Assembly (NCBI GenBank): GCA_024571205.1
Contig: GCA_024571205.1_4523.1
From: a phage
Direction: 5' to 3' (one strand)
Length of the DNA: 64,000 bases
A program made the position numbers and the translations under genes. Position 1 is the first letter of the stretch; each line of letters opens with the position of its first letter. The notes beneath the pieces are model-generated. The model did no database searches and was not told the DNA's origin. It saw nothing but the letters and a program-made list of their open reading frames with translations. Below, in pieces: positions 8,990-18,664 of the stretch.

Positions 8990-10114
8990 TTATTCTGTAT
9001 ACTCTTTAAACTCTTGTCCAAATACCTTACCTGTATCAACAGATAACTGAGTAGGCAAATCCATTATATCATTGTCGGTTAATGATTCATCAATGTAATT
9101 AACGCGAATACCGTTTAGGCCGAACTCTGCTGGTTTTGCTATACTTCCGTTGCATGATACTTCGGTGAAAATGACATTTCGTAAACCACCTTGACCGACT
9201 GGGGCCGTACGATAACAATATACTGTAAAGCCGTCAGCTTCGGCTGGTATTTCGACATACTCTTCATATAACTTCCATTCACCAGCAGTTCCATCAAAGT
9301 TTATATCTTTAGATGATATAGGAGAGCTAGATGGAGTCTTAAAGAAACGAATTGAAAGTCTTGTGGTTCCTTCCTCTAATAATTCTTCATCAGCCATTAA
9401 TTGAAATTTCAGATAAAGAAAATCTGTAGGCTTTAATCTATAGTTTGCTAGAGGAGTAACAAGGGATGACGTAGGCATCCTTTTTATTTCATTGTTAGTT
9501 CCTCCAACAGGAGATAAAAACGTTTCCAATGCTTCGTATGTACGACTAGGGTAGCCGGTAGCACCTATATCAGCAATAGAGTCATAAACTATATCCAATG
9601 GGGTCCCATAATCTGCAATTGTTTTCTTATTACTGTATTTTATATGTTCTAACGCAATAGAATTTTTACCAGACACATAAAACGCCGAATATGAAATATC
9701 AACAAGATTAGCAACTTCAATCGAAGGTATAACTGAACTCCCTGCGGCTTTAAACCATGCAATTATTTCGGGTGGTAAATTAAATTTGTTATTAGAAATA
9801 AATGCGAAAATGAAATTATTTGCATACGTATTAACAAACGAAATAAATGCAGCTGAAGTGGCATTATTTGTTGGTGCAAAATTGTATAATTTACTATCAA
9901 CTATAGTCCCATTTTCCGGATTTATCACCCTAACATTTAGCCCAATACCAAAAGACTGCAGTCCTAAAGGCTCGTTTTGGAACAAAATATATGGATTAGA
10001 TGTTGAAAGCGGGCATGAACCCGCTATACTTAACTTAAATCTAACCGAATTGCTTTCCGATAAAAATGGCGTTTGGACGTATCCTTGTCCAAACCTTGCC
10101 ATAAATTTTTCCAT
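8990..10114 (-). CDS. 35: gp35 long tail fiber hinge connector
   Basis: 374 aa, MEKFMARFGQGYVQTPFLSESNSVRFKLSIAGSCPLST as in T4 gp35. Confidence 0.9.
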   Translation of the reverse strand: MEKFMARFGQGYVQTPFLSESNSVRFKLSIAGSCPLSTSNPYILFQNEPLGLQSFGIGLNVRVINPENGTIVDSKLYNFAPTNNATSAAFISFVNTYANNFIFAFISNNKFNLPPEIIAWFKAAGSSVIPSIEVANLVDISYSAFYVSGKNSIALEHIKYSNKKTIADYGTPLDIVYDSIADIGATGYPSRTYEALETFLSPVGGTNNEIKRMPTSSLVTPLANYRLKPTDFLYLKFQLMADEELLEEGTTRLSIRFFKTPSSSPISSKDINFDGTAGEWKLYEEYVEIPAEADGFTVYCYRTAPVGQGGLRNVIFTEVSCNGSIAKPAEFGLNGIRVNYIDESLTDNDIMDLPTQLSVDTGKVFGQEFKEYTE

Positions 10115-10122
10115 ATAACCTC

Positions 10123-13100
10123 TTATTCAACCCATATAAATTTAACGGTTTTGTTGACCGGGTCCGGAACAATTCTCACATTTCCTAATTGTAAGAAGTC
10201 TCGAACAGTAAGGTTTCCGATTACCGCGTTATCAGATGGGATAGCACCGACATCGCTAGGTGAAGGTGGGTTGCCGCTATCAAACACCATTGCAAATGAC
10301 GTCCAAGCGTCTTTGTTTTTCTGCCAGGTACGAGTGTAGCGAATACTACCACCATTTGCACCTGTAGGATAACAAATCCAATCCTGATAAAGCGAATCTA
10401 AACTATTACCAAATTGGGTCAAAGTACCAGGATATTTAATCTCTTGGTCACGGTTACCTTGGTTATCACGAGTCCAATACCCCGGGAATTGACTATATGT
10501 TGCAGAATCATTGATATCAATAGACCAAAAACCTACAGTAGAAGCAGTTGGCTTATCAGTATAAACGGTTGTTGTTTTAACACCATTAGAAATAATTCTG
10601 TTGTTTACAGTTAATCCACCAGTAGTTATTGTTGCACCACTTGTGATTTGAACACCATTATCCAAACGAACAAGACCAGTGGCATTGTTAATCGTGATTG
10701 GACGTAAGTTATTAAATGTCCCGGTTTGGTCACCTGAGTTAGTTAATGCGATATAAGAACTGTTGCCAGCGTTATAAAGCATAACACCATAGTTACCATT
10801 AATAGCTCTGAATGCAATAGGAGAACGAGAAACAATTTCACCTGTAGCAGTAATAGACCCGGTAAATGTCGAAACACCTGTAACGTTTAAACCATTTGTA
10901 GAAACAACACCAGCAGAATAAAGCGTTCCATTAACATTGAATGATACTTTACTGTCTGCGGCACGCTGAGAATAGAAATGATAGCCGGTTGTATCGCCAG
11001 CTTCAAATACTGTATCACGTCCACCAGTGGTAACGCTATTACCCCATACTCTAACAACAAAATCCTCTTTATTACTAAGAGGTTGGGTTCCTTTGGTGAA
11101 AAAGATTTCAGAACCACTAGAGTCATTGAGAGTTAATCTACGAGTAATAGATGCCTCGGAACCAAAAGAAGCAGTGCTTGTAGATACTAAAGGGGCACTC
11201 AGGTTGGTCTGCTTAGTAAGACTTAAAGAACCATTAACAGTCTGGTCGATGTCTCGACGGATGAACTGAAGAGAATCTAGCCCATCTAACAAATTGCTAT
11301 CTACGGCTTTAGCTTTCAATGGGAGATAGTTAGCAAGCACACGGTTTAATTCATATGGTGAAATAGCATAACCGTTTTTAGCGTATATGTCCAGGTCCTG
11401 CGTATTACCTTGGGTATCGTCACCAACAAATGTAATAGAGCCAGATGAAGTTCTTACAAATCCACGTTGAGATGTTGTTGCTTCCCATGTTGCTTCAGAT
11501 TGGACGATCCATTTTAAATTCTTAGGTGATACAGCGGTATTAGCAGAAGTTCCTGTTACAGTTTCTGCCTGAGTAGCAACCTTAATTACACCTTCAGACG
11601 TTTCAGTGGACTTAGTCCCTAAAAGCTTTTTAGGAGTAATAAGAACATCATCTAAAGTTCCTGCATTAGATTCTGCCTGGGTCGCTACGCGAAGTGTACC
11701 ACGCTGTGTTTCATTTGCTTTAGAAATATCAAGAGTATAATGGTTCCATAAGGTTCCTTCTTCAATAAGTCCGGAATCAGAATTAACACTGGTACGGCCA
11801 GAAGAATCAAAATGAGTTTTAATTTTCAGTGGAGTCGAGATACGAATATCATCAGTTCCAGTATCAAATTCAACTTGCGTAGCAATTTCGGCTATGCCGG
11901 ATAATCCTTCCGTAGCTTTCCTATCATTTAACGTCTTAGGCGTTACTGCTCTAGTATAATCAGCCCCAGCGTCAGTTTCTGCTTGCGTAGCAATTTCAAT
12001 TAAACCAATACGTCCATCGGTAGAAGTTTTCTTATGCAGAGTTTCAGGAGTCACTACAGCATTAGCCCAGCCGGTTTGCGATTCACCAGCGATAACTTCA
12101 CTTTCAATAGCAAGAATTACTGCACCCTGTTGAGTAGGGGTAGCTTTATACTGGTCAAGAGCCTTTGGAGAAATAGTTAAATTATCTACGGCTTTGTTAT
12201 AAACGTTAGTCCCGGCATTACCACGAATAGTAGCAGCTGTAGTACCAGTCGTAGATGTGTATTTTACAATACCAGATAAAACTTCAGAACCTTGACGTGC
12301 ATCCAATTTCTTAGGAGTAATAATAGTAGTATCATCAGTCCCAGCGTTAGTTTCTGCTTGCGTAGCAATTTCAGCGACACCTCTACGTGTTTCTGTTGCA
12401 GTACGTTCATTTAATTTCTTAGGAGAAATAATTAAATCATCCTGGAAAGCAAAATCGGTGTTCTGATTAACTTGTGTAGTTGTTGCAATACGGGCAATAC
12501 CACGCCGAGTTTCGGTTGCCGTACGATTTGCTAATGTTTCAGGCGTAATAGCAAGTTCTTTACCCGGAGAATTTTCTAAATCAACATTAGCTTGAGCCTG
12601 AGATGCTAGAGCAATAACACCTACTCGAGCTCTAGTTACATCACTAGTTGCATCAACACGTTCTACTGTGACAACATTTTGTTGTACAACCCAATAACTA
12701 GTTAAAGTGGACGTATCTTCGATGTATGCCAATTCAAGAACTGGAACATAAGATGTATCCCCATTGAATTCCAATTCAGGTACAGAAACCCATTGTGTTT
12801 CAGGTGGATAAGAAGAACGTTTAGGAAACTGGAGCAAGTTAATATTTGTTGCTATAACATCACCGACAGCCGCTTTAATTTTTACAGTTTGCCCTTTTCT
12901 CATATAATTCAGAGAAATTTTAACTGTATCACCGTTTGAAATACTAGTAGGCAAATTAAGATTTACCGTAGAAGACGTAGCGTTGTCGGTACCAAAAATG
13001 AGAACTTCTTCATTAGGACGAAGATTTGTATCGTTTCTAATAATACGAAGTCTTGCTTTCTGGTCGCCTTCCCATACACGCCATAAACTATTGGCGGCAT

Positions 13101-13956
13101 CATATACAAAAAATGCATCTGCAGAAGTACGTCCTTCAGCACGATGGGTGCCTATTTCTTTAATTGATGTCGTATCATCAAAAGTTTCAACAATCGTATG
13201 GTACAATGGGTTTAATTTGTCCAAATCAACAAGATTAATAATATCTCCATTGTTAGCATTACGCGGAAGTTTAATGTTGATTGGTTCACCTGAAGTAAAG
13301 CGTCGTATAATAAAATCATTTGCTTGGGCCTGATAAGCTGCTGCCGGAGTTACGGTAACAGTATTACGTCCATAATCCGAAATATACATCTGCCACAAAC
13401 GATTACTAAAAACAAAAACAATCTGGGATTTAGGATGGGTCATTAAAACAGAACGAACTTGTTGACCTCTAAAATTGACAATACTTTGAACTGGAGCTAT
13501 GATTTGGACTTTAACATATCCTACACGTCCACCTATATCAGATAAAATTAACGTATCACCGTCTAATGGGTTAGGAGGAAGAGTGAAATTAATATCAGTG
13601 CCTGCCGAAGTATCAACAGATATAGAGTTACCTACAGATAATTGGAAATCACCACCTGAAACAGTAATCCATTGGGCATCAGTACGGACTGCTTTCCATT
13701 TAACAGAGTCAAAGGTGCCCGCTGGTGCCGGAATATCACTTAAAGCCTGATAAAAACGATTATCATAAAGAACAATAAAATCTTTAGTATACGCGCGCAA
13801 CGCGTCATAATTCTGTACGGTGTTTTCTTGCACTAAGAAGTCAACGTTCACGCCATCGGTGCCAACTGTGCGGTCAGCAAGCGCAACGTTAACTATCTTA
13901 TCACCGCCTGCGTCAAGACCATCTTCGGCCCTGAACTTACGTTTGATGTCAACCAT
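10123..13956 (-). CDS. 34: gp34 long tail fiber proximal subunit
   Basis: 1277 aa, MVDIKRKFRAEDGLDAGGDKIVNVALADRTVGTDG N-terminus and ...NKTVKFIWVE C-terminus as in T4 gp34; late promoter at 13991-13998. Confidence 0.92.
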   Translation of the reverse strand: MVDIKRKFRAEDGLDAGGDKIVNVALADRTVGTDGVNVDFLVQENTVQNYDALRAYTKDFIVLYDNRFYQALSDIPAPAGTFDSVKWKAVRTDAQWITVSGGDFQLSVGNSISVDTSAGTDINFTLPPNPLDGDTLILSDIGGRVGYVKVQIIAPVQSIVNFRGQQVRSVLMTHPKSQIVFVFSNRLWQMYISDYGRNTVTVTPAAAYQAQANDFIIRRFTSGEPINIKLPRNANNGDIINLVDLDKLNPLYHTIVETFDDTTSIKEIGTHRAEGRTSADAFFVYDAANSLWRVWEGDQKARLRIIRNDTNLRPNEEVLIFGTDNATSSTVNLNLPTSISNGDTVKISLNYMRKGQTVKIKAAVGDVIATNINLLQFPKRSSYPPETQWVSVPELEFNGDTSYVPVLELAYIEDTSTLTSYWVVQQNVVTVERVDATSDVTRARVGVIALASQAQANVDLENSPGKELAITPETLANRTATETRRGIARIATTTQVNQNTDFAFQDDLIISPKKLNERTATETRRGVAEIATQAETNAGTDDTTIITPKKLDARQGSEVLSGIVKYTSTTGTTAATIRGNAGTNVYNKAVDNLTISPKALDQYKATPTQQGAVILAIESEVIAGESQTGWANAVVTPETLHKKTSTDGRIGLIEIATQAETDAGADYTRAVTPKTLNDRKATEGLSGIAEIATQVEFDTGTDDIRISTPLKIKTHFDSSGRTSVNSDSGLIEEGTLWNHYTLDISKANETQRGTLRVATQAESNAGTLDDVLITPKKLLGTKSTETSEGVIKVATQAETVTGTSANTAVSPKNLKWIVQSEATWEATTSQRGFVRTSSGSITFVGDDTQGNTQDLDIYAKNGYAISPYELNRVLANYLPLKAKAVDSNLLDGLDSLQFIRRDIDQTVNGSLSLTKQTNLSAPLVSTSTASFGSEASITRRLTLNDSSGSEIFFTKGTQPLSNKEDFVVRVWGNSVTTGGRDTVFEAGDTTGYHFYSQRAADSKVSFNVNGTLYSAGVVSTNGLNVTGVSTFTGSITATGEIVSRSPIAFRAINGNYGVMLYNAGNSSYIALTNSGDQTGTFNNLRPITINNATGLVRLDNGVQITSGATITTGGLTVNNRIISNGVKTTTVYTDKPTASTVGFWSIDINDSATYSQFPGYWTRDNQGNRDQEIKYPGTLTQFGNSLDSLYQDWICYPTGANGGSIRYTRTWQKNKDAWTSFAMVFDSGNPPSPSDVGAIPSDNAVIGNLTVRDFLQLGNVRIVPDPVNKTVKFIWVE

Positions 13957-13990
13957 GGTAGTCCTCTTATCATTATGTGTTCTATTTTAC

Positions 13991-13998
13991 TATTTATA
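13991..13998 (-). promoter_or_regulatory. late promoter for gene 34
   Basis: TATAAATA on the minus strand, 35 nt upstream of the gp34 start. Confidence 0.5.
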
Positions 13999-14015
13999 AA
14001 TGAAGTAAAAGTCCT

Positions 14016-14045
14016 GTTTACGCTTTCAAGTGAGTGTGTTACTAT
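14016..14045 (+). promoter_or_regulatory. T4-type early promoter for rnh
   Basis: GTTTACG -35, 17-nt spacer, TACTAT -10 (14040-14045). Confidence 0.45.
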
Positions 14046-14077
14046 AGACACGTTGACTAACTGAACAAGAGGTTCAT

Positions 14078-14995
14078 ATGGATTTAGAAATGATGTTAGA
14101 TGAAGATTACAAAGAAGGTATTGCACTTGCCGACTTTAGTAACATTGCATTGGCTGCTGCATTAAACAACTTTGAAGATGGTGATAAAATTACTATTCCA
14201 ATGGTTCGCCATGTAATCTTGAATTCAATTCGTAAAAACGTAGTGATGTTTCGTAAACAAGGTTATACGAAATTTGTATTGTGTATGGATAATGCTACTT
14301 CTGGCTATTGGCGTCGTGACTTTGCTTACTACTACAAGAAAAATCGTAAAACCGATCGTGAAGCTTCGAAGTGGGATTGGGAAGGATATTTCACTGCACT
14401 TCGTCAAGTTGTTGATGAGCTCAAGAAATATATGCCTTATGTTGTAATGGACATTGATAAGTATGAAGCGGATGACCACATTGGTGTTCTCTCTAAACAT
14501 TTATCTCTGGCTGGATATAAGGTATGTATCGTTGCATCAGATGGTGACTTTACCCAATTACACAAATATCCAAATGTTAAACAGTGGTCACCGCCCCAGA
14601 AAAAGTGGGTCAAAACTAAGAATGGTTCTGCTGAAATTGATTGCATGACTAAAATTCTTAAAGGTGACCGTAAGGATGGTGTTGCATCTGTTCGAGTTCG
14701 TGGTGACTTCTGGTTTACTCGAGTTGAAGGTGAACGAACTCCAAGCATGAAAACTTCAATTATTGAAGCAATTGCTAATGACCGTTCTCAAGCTGAAGTA
14801 TTATTAAGCCCTGAAGAATATAAACGTTATCAAGAAAACCTGGTTCTCATTGATTTCGATTATATCCCTGATAATATTGCTTCAAATATTATAGAGTATT
14901 ATAACTCATACAAACCACAACCTAAAGGCAAGATTTATTCATATTTTGTGAAATCTGGTCTTTCCAAATTAACAAGTGTAATTAACGAATTCTGA
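14078..14995 (+). CDS. rnh: RNase H (5'-3' exonuclease / flap endonuclease)
   Basis: 305 aa, MDLEMMLDEDYKEG...KYEADDHIGVL...SDGDFTQLHKYPNVKQWSP, same length and near-identical to T4 RNase H. Confidence 0.93.
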   Translation: MDLEMMLDEDYKEGIALADFSNIALAAALNNFEDGDKITIPMVRHVILNSIRKNVVMFRKQGYTKFVLCMDNATSGYWRRDFAYYYKKNRKTDREASKWDWEGYFTALRQVVDELKKYMPYVVMDIDKYEADDHIGVLSKHLSLAGYKVCIVASDGDFTQLHKYPNVKQWSPPQKKWVKTKNGSAEIDCMTKILKGDRKDGVASVRVRGDFWFTRVEGERTPSMKTSIIEAIANDRSQAEVLLSPEEYKRYQENLVLIDFDYIPDNIASNIIEYYNSYKPQPKGKIYSYFVKSGLSKLTSVINEF

Positions 14996-15002
14996 GGTAA
15001 AC

Positions 15003-15272
15003 ATGGCTAAGAAAGAAGCAGTCGAATTTAATCAAGATGTACACGGTGACGAACTGGCTAAACTAGTCAAGGAAGCTTCCGATAACAAACTTAAAATCTC
15101 TGGCTACAACGAACTGATTAAAGACATTCGTACTCGTGCTAAAGAAGAGCTTGGCGTCGATGGAAAAATGTTTAATCGTCTGTTGGCTCTTTATCATAAA
15201 GATGCTCGTGACCAATTTGAAGCTGAAAACGAAGAGGTGGTAGAGCTTTATGACACTGTTTTCACTAAGTGA
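15003..15272 (+). CDS. dsbA: DsbA double-stranded DNA-binding protein (late transcription)
   Basis: 89 aa, MAKKEAVEFNQDVHGDELAKLVKEASDNKLKISGYNELIKDIR matches T4 DsbA. Confidence 0.88.
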   Translation: MAKKEAVEFNQDVHGDELAKLVKEASDNKLKISGYNELIKDIRTRAKEELGVDGKMFNRLLALYHKDARDQFEAENEEVVELYDTVFTK

Positions 15273-15588
15273 TATTAAACCGGCCGATGAGGCCGATCTC
15301 TCTGAAAAAGAGTTAGCTATTAAACATGATAAAGACGATATTGCTAAATTGCTTGATCGCCAAGAAAATGGGTTCATTATCGAATCTATGGTCGAACAAT
15401 TCGGTATGTCTTATTTAGAAGCAACAACTGCTTTCTTGGAAGAGAACTCCATCCCCGAAACTCAGTTCGCTAAATTTATTCCTACAGGAATTGTTGAAAA
15501 AATTACAAGCGAAGCAATTGACGAAAACATGCTTCGCCCATCAGTTGCTCGTGGCGAAAAAACTAATACGTTAGATTTCTTATTATGA
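15250..15588 (+). CDS. 33: gp33 late transcription co-activator
   Basis: 112 aa, T4 gp33 length and order (after dsbA, before 59). Confidence 0.88.
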   Translation: MTLFSLSDIKPADEADLSEKELAIKHDKDDIAKLLDRQENGFIIESMVEQFGMSYLEATTAFLEENSIPETQFAKFIPTGIVEKITSEAIDENMLRPSVARGEKTNTLDFLL

Positions 15589-16238
15589 TTAAAATACGCA
15601 TGCCTCCTGACGGAGAACGTTATATTAACGGAAAATCGGTATACAAACTATACTTGATGTGCAAACAACATTTTAATGGTCGGTATGACGTAATCAAATA
15701 TAACTGGTGCATGCGTGTTTCGGATAATGCGTATCAAAAACGCCGAGATAAATATTTCTTTGAGAAACTAGCAGAGAAATATAAGTTAAAGGAACTCACC
15801 TTGATATTCATCAGTAACTTAGTTGCTAACCAAGACGCGTGGATTGGTGAGATATCAGACGCTGATGCATTAGTTTTCTATAGGGAATATATTGGACGTC
15901 TCAAACAAGCCAAGGAGACGTTTGCTGAAGATGTACGTAACATCTACTATTTCAGTAAGAAAGTGGAAGTTAGTGCGCTTCAAGAGATATTTGATTATAA
16001 TAATAAAGTTCAGTCGAGCTACATATTTAAATTGCTACAAAGCAATATAATTTCATTTGAAACCTTCTTGTTGTTGGATTCATTCTTGAATATTATAGAT
16101 AAGCACGACGAACTCACCGACAATTTAGTCTGGCAAAATTATTCTACCAAATTAAAGGCATATCGAAAAATACTTCAAATCGATGGAAATGCTGCTAAGA
16201 AATTGTTCATAGAAACAATCAAATCATGTAAGTATTAA
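15585..16238 (+). CDS. 59: gp59 helicase loader
   Basis: 217 aa, MIKIRMPPDGERYINGKSVYKLYLMCKQHFNGRYDVIKYNWCMRVSD matches T4 gp59. Confidence 0.92.
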   Translation: MIKIRMPPDGERYINGKSVYKLYLMCKQHFNGRYDVIKYNWCMRVSDNAYQKRRDKYFFEKLAEKYKLKELTLIFISNLVANQDAWIGEISDADALVFYREYIGRLKQAKETFAEDVRNIYYFSKKVEVSALQEIFDYNNKVQSSYIFKLLQSNIISFETFLLLDSFLNIIDKHDELTDNLVWQNYSTKLKAYRKILQIDGNAAKKLFIETIKSCKY

Positions 16239-16267
16239 GCTTTATTTCTTGTGTGTTAAAATTACTT

Positions 16268-16275
16268 TATAAATA
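16268..16275 (+). promoter_or_regulatory. late promoter (TATAAATA) upstream of gene 32
   Basis: Exact TATAAATA at 16268-16275; T4 gene 32 is known to be transcribed in all modes including late. Confidence 0.45.
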
Positions 16276-16285
16276 AATCATACCA

Positions 16286-16354
16286 GCTACGAGGTATAAG
16301 TGTCGTAGCAACCAACTGTAAATAAATTAAATAATCTAAATAAAGGTAAATATA
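16286..16354 (+). promoter_or_regulatory. gene 32 mRNA leader: hairpin plus AU-rich unstructured region (autogenous translational operator)
   Basis: 7-bp stem GCTACGA/TCGTAGC (16286-16292 / 16303-16309) followed by taaataaattaaataatctaaataaaggtaaatataATG, as in the T4 gene 32 operator. Confidence 0.5.
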
Positions 16355-17257
16355 ATGTTTAAACGTAAATCTACTGCTGACCTCGCTGCTCAAATGGCTA
16401 AACTGAACGGTAACAAAGGTTTCTCTTCAGAAGATAAAGGCGAATGGAAGCTGAAGCTAGATGCATCAGGTAATGGTCAAGCGGTAATTCGTTTCTTGCC
16501 AGCAAAAACTGATGATGCACTACCATTTGCAATTCTTGTTAACCACGGTTTCAAGAAAAATGGTAAATGGTATATTGAAAATTGCTCTTCTACACATGGT
16601 GATTACGACTCTTGTCCTGTATGTCAGTACATTAGTAAAAATGACCTGTACAATACCAACAAAACTGAATATTCTCAACTGAAACGTAAAACTTCTTATT
16701 GGGCTAATATTCTGGTTGTTAAAGACCCTCAAGCTCCAGATAACGAAGGTAAAGTATTTAAATATCGTTTCGGTAAAAAGATTTGGGACAAAATCAATGC
16801 AATGATTGCAGTTGATACCGAAATGGGTGAAACTCCAGTTGATGTTACTTGTCCGTTTGAAGGTGCTAACTTCGTTCTGAAAGCTAAGCAGGTTTCTGGT
16901 TTTAGCAACTATGACGAATCTAAATTCTTGGGTCAATCTGAAATTCCTCGTATTAATGACGAAGCATTCCAGAAAGAACTATACGACCAGATGGTAGACC
17001 TTACTACTTTGACGGCTAAAGACCAGTTCAAATCTTTTGAAAAATTAAATGAATCTTTCGCTAAGGTTCTTGGTACTGCCGCTCTTGGTGGTGCAGCAGC
17101 CGCAGCAGCTTCTGTTGCAGATAAAGTTGCTTCTGACCTTGACGATTTTGATAAAGACATGGAAGCCTTTAGTTCTGCAAAAACTGAAGATGACTTCATG
17201 AGCTCTACCTCATCCTCTGATGATGGCGACCTCGATGACCTGTTAGCTGGTCTATAA
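16355..17257 (+). CDS. 32: gp32 single-stranded DNA-binding protein
   Basis: 300 aa, [36 protein letters not shown]..., acidic C-terminal tail, preceded by the AU-rich leader typical of gene 32. Confidence 0.93.
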   Translation: MFKRKSTADLAAQMAKLNGNKGFSSEDKGEWKLKLDASGNGQAVIRFLPAKTDDALPFAILVNHGFKKNGKWYIENCSSTHGDYDSCPVCQYISKNDLYNTNKTEYSQLKRKTSYWANILVVKDPQAPDNEGKVFKYRFGKKIWDKINAMIAVDTEMGETPVDVTCPFEGANFVLKAKQVSGFSNYDESKFLGQSEIPRINDEAFQKELYDQMVDLTTLTAKDQFKSFEKLNESFAKVLGTAALGGAAAAAASVADKVASDLDDFDKDMEAFSSAKTEDDFMSSTSSSDDGDLDDLLAGL

Positions 17258-17263
17258 TAAATC

Positions 17264-17285
17264 GGGAGACTTCGGTCTCCCTTTT
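17264..17285 (+). terminator. rho-independent terminator after gene 32
   Basis: GGGAGAC-TTCG-GTCTCCC hairpin (17264-17281) followed by TTTT. Confidence 0.65.
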
Positions 17286-17312
17286 GAGTATCTGTAAATT
17301 ACTGAAAAAGTT

Positions 17313-17341
17313 GTTTACTTCTTCCATGGATGTGTTAGTAT
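17313..17341 (+). promoter_or_regulatory. T4-type early promoter
   Basis: GTTTACT -35, 16-nt spacer, TAGTAT -10, directly after the gene 32 terminator. Confidence 0.5.
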
Positions 17342-17370
17342 AGACCTATCAACAACATGAGGAAATCAAA

Positions 17371-17763
17371 ATGGAAATCGGAAAATCTTATATCATTAAC
17401 CCTTTATTTAAAGACGACTTTGTTCAAGAAGCACCACATAATAACGCTAAGATGTTAAAATTGATTGAACTCCATGGGCCTAGTTTTGTTGTAAACGGAA
17501 TGGAACCTGATTATGATAGCGATACGCCAAACGTAGTAAGTGTAACTATGGAAGATGGTACTGTATGTTCTGCCGGTGGTGAAATTGGAACTTATTTTGA
17601 GATTTATCCTGACGAGTTCAAATACTTTACTGAGGTAGATTTAGTAAAGCCTCAAACTACTAACGAAGGTATAACTTTAGGTGTAACAAAAATCCATTGT
17701 ATCGTAGATGAAACCAACGTCGACGAAATCATCGAACTTTTGCAAAAAACTTTTAAAAAGTAG
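17371..17763 (+). CDS. hypothetical early protein (frd.x position)
   Basis: 130 aa ORF after early promoter 17313-17341 and SD gagg. Confidence 0.55.
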   Translation: MEIGKSYIINPLFKDDFVQEAPHNNAKMLKLIELHGPSFVVNGMEPDYDSDTPNVVSVTMEDGTVCSAGGEIGTYFEIYPDEFKYFTEVDLVKPQTTNEGITLGVTKIHCIVDETNVDEIIELLQKTFKK

Positions 17764-17764
17764 T

Positions 17765-17792
17765 GTACAATCAGATAGGGTTATGTTATAGT
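17765..17792 (+). promoter_or_regulatory. possible early promoter (variant -35)
   Basis: GTGTACA, 16-nt spacer, TATAGT; weaker match to the early consensus. Confidence 0.3.
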
Positions 17793-17825
17793 AGCCCTAT
17801 CAAATCAAAAGTGAAGGAGAATAAA

Positions 17826-18074
17826 ATGAGATTGCAACGTCAGAGCATCAAAGATTCTGAAGTTAGAGGTAAATGGTACTTCAACATCGTCGGTAAAGAC
17901 GCTGAACTCCTTGAACAAGCTGAAGAAGCTTTACGTGAAATGGGTTGGAACGAAGAATGTGATGGATGTCCACTCTATGAAGATGGTGAAAGTGCAGGAT
18001 TCTGGATTTGCCACTCTGACGTTGAAATGTTCAAAGCTGATTGGAAGGTTGTTAAGAAAAATCTGAGGAAATAA
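17826..18074 (+). CDS. hypothetical early protein
   Basis: ATG at 17826 after SD aaggag; the longer track ORF start (17763) lies inside promoter-like sequence. Confidence 0.5.
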   Translation: MRLQRQSIKDSEVRGKWYFNIVGKDAELLEQAEEALREMGWNEECDGCPLYEDGESAGFWICHSDVEMFKADWKVVKKNLRK

Positions 18075-18076
18075 AA

Positions 18077-18664
18077 ATGCTTAAATTAGTATTCGCATGC
18101 GCACCATCTAAAACAGTTGATGATAAACTGGAATATGCTTTTGGATTAGGTGATGGACTTCCATGGAAGCATATCAAACAAGATATGAGTAACTTTGTTG
18201 CTCGCACTAAAAACACTGTATTGGTTATGGGTGCTAAGACTTTTGCATCATTACCTCGTCTACTACCAGATCGTACTCATGTGGTTGTCACTGATATGGC
18301 CAGAAAACTGCCTAGGACTAAAACTGATGAACTTGCACGGTTCTATATCACCCAAGCAGAATTTATTACCCTGGTGACTGGTAGTGAAATTAACTTGTTC
18401 AGCCCTTCAACAGACGTACCGTTTAAACTTTCTACTGAACATGTTGATGTATCTGTTATCGGCGGTCCTGCCTTATTAAAACAAGCACTGCCTTATGCCG
18501 ATGAAATTGTGATGACTAAAATCATTAAGAAATGTCGTGTTAATTCCGATGTTCAACTTGATAAAGATTTCATCCAAGATATTATGCTTCAACGTTCTAT
18601 GGTAGAATCTCATTACTACAGAATCGATGAACTCACCGAAATTACTGAGAGCGTATATAAATGA
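18077..18664 (+). CDS. frd: dihydrofolate reductase
   Basis: 195 aa, ...AFGLGDGLPW...VMGAKTF...VIGGPALL motifs and T4 frd length, position before td. Confidence 0.9.
   Translation: MLKLVFACAPSKTVDDKLEYAFGLGDGLPWKHIKQDMSNFVARTKNTVLVMGAKTFASLPRLLPDRTHVVVTDMARKLPRTKTDELARFYITQAEFITLVTGSEINLFSPSTDVPFKLSTEHVDVSVIGGPALLKQALPYADEIVMTKIIKKCRVNSDVQLDKDFIQDIMLQRSMVESHYYRIDELTEITESVYK

Noticed and set aside
16520-16936. Antisense ORFs nested inside recognised genes (e.g. 16520-16936 in gene 32, 57425-57780 in gene 22, 4300-4497 in gene 38, 10887-11269 in gene 34, 60853-61464 opposite gene 19)
   Set aside because: They overlap well-supported genes on the opposite strand, lack promoters or SDs and have biased or low-complexity composition.
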